Below, one piece after another: positions 60,389-64,000 of a stretch of 64,000 nt of DNA. Position 1 is the first letter of the stretch. Each line of letters begins with the position of its first letter. The translations under genes and the position numbers were made by a program. Below the pieces are notes generated by a model, which was given only the letters and a program-made list of their open reading frames with translations, ran no database searches and was not told the origin of the DNA. Origin of the DNA: Macrostomum lignano (taxonomy: Eukaryota); contig NIVC01000080.1 in assembly GCA_002269645.1 (NCBI GenBank), positions 186,001-250,000 on the forward strand, written 5' to 3'.

Positions 60389-61867
60389 GGCTAAAGGTTA
60401 CAATACCGGTATAAGGATACAGCCTACGTTAAAAGAAAACTTCAGCAATAATGCGAGAGATCGGATCTATCGAGTACATATAGTCCAATTTCAATGTTTG
60501 TAATTCAAGCTCTGTGATCCAGCCCTAAATAGCTCGTACATGTAATTGTTTATGGTCGGAGCGAAAATCCTGCTAGCAGTCCTTGGAAGTCGAGCATTGA
60601 AATTAAGGACTCGGCCAGCCATATTCAACCCACGCTTCGACGATTGTCTATGGCCAAAACAGGGATATAGGGAGAGCATTAAATTGAAAAAGAGGTGCAG
60701 GGGCGGTCCGACCAGAGCCGCCACCCACTCACTACCATTGACTATTTTTTTCAATAAATGAACTTCAAAAGTTTACGCGATTTGCTGGTGATTAATAGAG
60801 TTTTGGCCATAGACAGCTTGCTGTATCAACCAGTTTTTGTGCTTTCTCTACCGCTCGATTAGCGGGCGTCAATGGGTCTATAGCTATTAACGGGCACAGG
60901 TAGGCAGGCAAAAAGATCATGTTGTAACAATCCGTGGTAATGTGTCTGCTTTAAATTGATTTTCTCATTAATTAAAAGCTTTTTCTGCTAAAACAAATTA
61001 CTTATTAAAAAATAACGAGTTAAGGAGATGAGCATAGCTCGCAATCAATTTGATTATATCCAGCCTATAATCATATAGCTTGCTAATTAATAAATTTGGC
61101 TCAATTTAATTAATAGCTGCAAGTCTAAGCTTATCTGCTTATTTCAATTTCACAGACTAACGTGGAATTTCGTATTCCCTGAAGTTAGCCCTATTTTGAT
61201 GAAGAGAAAAATTATAAAGTCACAATGCTGCAAGCAGTATTCTTTTCTACATAACTTTAGACCAAGCTTATTAACTTTTCATTTTTTTATATTTTATCTA
61301 TTTGCCTGAATCTCTACTCTGGGTGTTGTGCGATAATAGTTTTTTTTTATTAAGTCACATTAACAATATGCAATGCTTACTGTTTTATTGTTATTGTGTT
61401 TTTATGTTGAATATTTCTACAATTTTGTGATAACTTTAATTAATAATTAATGCTTTACTTATGAATAAATATTTGTTACTAAGGAAAAAAATGATATAAG
61501 TTTGTTACGCACACATTCACACCTGTATATACTACACGTACATGAGAATAGATCAGATGTTAATGATTTTTACAATGTTACCTGTAGTCTCTTATGCACT
61601 TATTAATATAAATTCTCCATTCTTATCGGTCCCTGCTCTCAACTGTCTTGCTCTCCTTTATACCTTTCTAATACTCGTATAATCCTGCGCAGGTCTTTTA
61701 TAGTTACACACACTGTGATTGGCATTGTGAGGGATCACTGCTGCTTAATGCTGAGTCATCTAGCTACTATACGCTTGTACTTTTATCAAATAAATTGGAT
61801 TGCTAGCTTACCTTTGTTATTATTTGCGGTTTCATTTTTGAATCTTTGTCTCCTTCAGTTACATTGG

Positions 61868-62449
61868 GTTCATATAAGAGCTGGGATAATCAGTGGCTTT
61901 GAGTTGCTTCCTCACTAGGGTTAGTTTTGAGTTCATAAGAGCTGGGATTATCAGTGTTGAGTCGCTTCCTCACTAGGGTTAGTTTTGAGTTCATAAGAGC
62001 TGGGATTATCAGTGTTAAGTCGCTTCCTCACTAGGGTTAGTTTTGAGTTCATAAGAGCTGGGATTATCAGTGTTGAGTCGCTTCCTCACTAGGGTTAGTT
62101 TTGAGTTCATAAGAGCTGGAATTATCAGTGTTGAGTCGCTTCCTCACTAGGGTTAGTTTTGAGTTCATAAGAGCTGGGATTATCAGTGTTGAGTCGCTTC
62201 CTCACTAGGGTTAGTTTTGAGTTCATAAGAGCTGGAATTATCAGTGTTGAGTCGCTTCCTCACTAGGGTTAGTTTTGAGTTCATAAGAGCTGGGATTATC
62301 AGTGTTGAGTCGCTTCCTCACTAGGGTTAGTTTTGAGTTCATAAGAGCTGGGATTTTCAGTGTTGAGTCGCTTCCTCACTAGGGTTAGTTTTGAGTTCAT
62401 AAGAGCTGGGATTTTCAGTGTTGAGTCGCTTCCTCACTAGGGTTAGTTT
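61868..62449. repeat. 58-bp tandem repeat, about 10 copies, just upstream of prohibitin
   Basis: Unit gagttcataagagctgggattatcagtgttgagtcgcttcctcactagggttagtttt. Confidence 0.95.
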
Positions 62450-62493
62450 TACATATTGCACTGATTACCACTGCAGCGTTGGTGACAAACAAT

Positions 62494-63937
62494 ATGCAAA
62501 GTCTACTTAATAAGCTCGGCATCCTTGGCCTCGGCGCCGCGGCCATTGGCAGTGCTGTTCAAGCGGCCGTTTATAATGTTGACGCTGGCGAGCAGGCTGT
62601 CATCTTTGACAGATTCTCGGGCGTCAAGCAGGAGGTCTATAGCGAGGGCACGCACTTTCGCATTCCCTGGCTGCAGCGGCCGACCATTTTCGAGATTCGC
62701 TGCCGCCCCCGTCTGGTCTCCGTCGTGACCGGCAGCAAGGACCTGCAGAATGTCAACATCTCGCTGCGCATTCTGTTCAGGCCTCAGTCTGAGCAGCTGC
62801 CCCAGATACTCAACAATCTTGGCGCCGACTATGACGAACGCGTCCTGCCGTCCATCACTAACGAGGTGCTGAAGGCCGTGGTGGCTCAGTTCGACGCGTC
62901 CGAGCTCATCACCCAGCGAGAGGTGGTGTCTCAGAAGGTGCGCCACTGGCTGACTGACCCACTGAGTCACCCACTGATTGACCCTCTGACCCACTGAGTC
63001 GCCCACTGATTGACCCTCTGACCCACTGATTCACCCACTGATTGACCCTCTGACCCACTGAGTCGCCCACTGATTGACCCTCTCACCCACTGAGTCACCC
63101 ACTGATTGATCCTCTGACCCACTGAGTCACCCACTGATTGACCCTCTTGACCCACTGAGTCACCCACTGATTGACCCTCTCACCCACTGAGTCACCCACT
63201 GATTGACCCTCTGACCCACTGAGTCACCCACTGATTGATCCTCTGATCCACTGAGTCACCTACTGATTGACCCTCTCACCCATTGAGTCACCCACTGATT
63301 GACCCTCTGACTCATTGAGTCATCCGCTGATTTACTCTCTGACCCATTGATTCACCCACTGATTGACCCTCTGACCCATTGAGTCACCCACTGACTGACC
63401 CTCTGATCCACTGACTCATTAATTGACCCTCTGACAGTGTCTATTGACCCACTAACACACCCACTGACTCACTGACCCACTGAATATTGTATTGTACTAA
63501 GTGCAAGCAGCAACTCACTAAAAGTACAGTGCTTAAGCCTCTCTCCTAACTGCTGAATACTGCAGGTCCGCGAAGGCCTAGTGGAACGCGCCTACAGCTT
63601 CGGCATCACGATCGACGACATCGCGCTGACGCATCTGACATTCGGCAAGGAATTCTCTGACGCGGTAGAAGCCAAGCAGGTGGCTCAGCAGGAGGCGGAG
63701 CGGGCTCGGTTTCTTGTTGAAAAAGCCGAGCAAACCAAGAAAGCGGCCATCGTGTCGGCAGAAGGCGACGCCCTGGCTGCTAAGCTTCTGTCCGAGGCGT
63801 TCGGCAAAGTTGGCGAAGGCCTGATTGAGTTGCGTCGGATCGAAGCGTCCGAAGATGTGGCCTATCAGCTGGGCAAGAATCCCAGGGTGGCCTACTTGCC
63901 AACTGGCCAGACCACTCTGCTGCAGTTGCCGCAGTGA
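62494..63937 (+). CDS. PHB1: Prohibitin-1. Exons 62494-62937 and 63566-63937 (271 aa)
   Basis: Motifs [74 protein letters not shown] and [24 protein letters not shown]. Phase-0 GT-AG intron. Confidence 0.95.
62950..63480. repeat. 32-bp minisatellite filling the prohibitin intron
   Basis: Unit actgagtcacccactgattgaccctctgaccc, about 16 copies. Confidence 0.95.
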
Positions 63938-64000
63938 ACTGACCAGAATATTTTCAAAGCAAAATGACAGGGTTGCAGACATTTCCTAGTTTTTTCCGTA

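Noticed and set aside
61868-62449. CRISPR-like or telomeric array (the unit contains TAGGGTTAG)
   Set aside because: Units are contiguous and near-identical with no unique spacers, the context is eukaryotic with no cas genes, and only 1.5 telomere hexamers occur per unit.

Overview
Eukaryotic (metazoan, probably invertebrate) genomic window. The species cannot be determined from sequence alone. Four intron-containing host genes lie on the + strand: a WDR70-like gene, a CLC-7 chloride/proton exchanger, an EVI5-like coiled-coil fragment and prohibitin-1. They are embedded in dense transposon and minisatellite sequence. The most notable item is an 8.1-kb hAT element (12166-20256, 8-bp TSD GATAGACT). 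Its reconstructed gene splices in frame a signal-peptide/lamin-tail-like (secreted-type) domain onto a ZNF862-like DDE transposase. The element also has a complete MITE as its left end, and a LINE is inserted in that MITE. Other large structures are a 16.6-kb head-to-tail array of four non-autonomous Helentron-like units inserted in a 29-bp satellite, and a tandemly amplified left half of a PHD/FLYWCH Mutator-like element. There are at least seven hAT-type MITE insertions with 8-bp TSDs. Many unrelated minisatellites have periods near 30 bp, and one of them is an amplified splice acceptor. Family assignments come from motif recognition by eye; no database searches were run.
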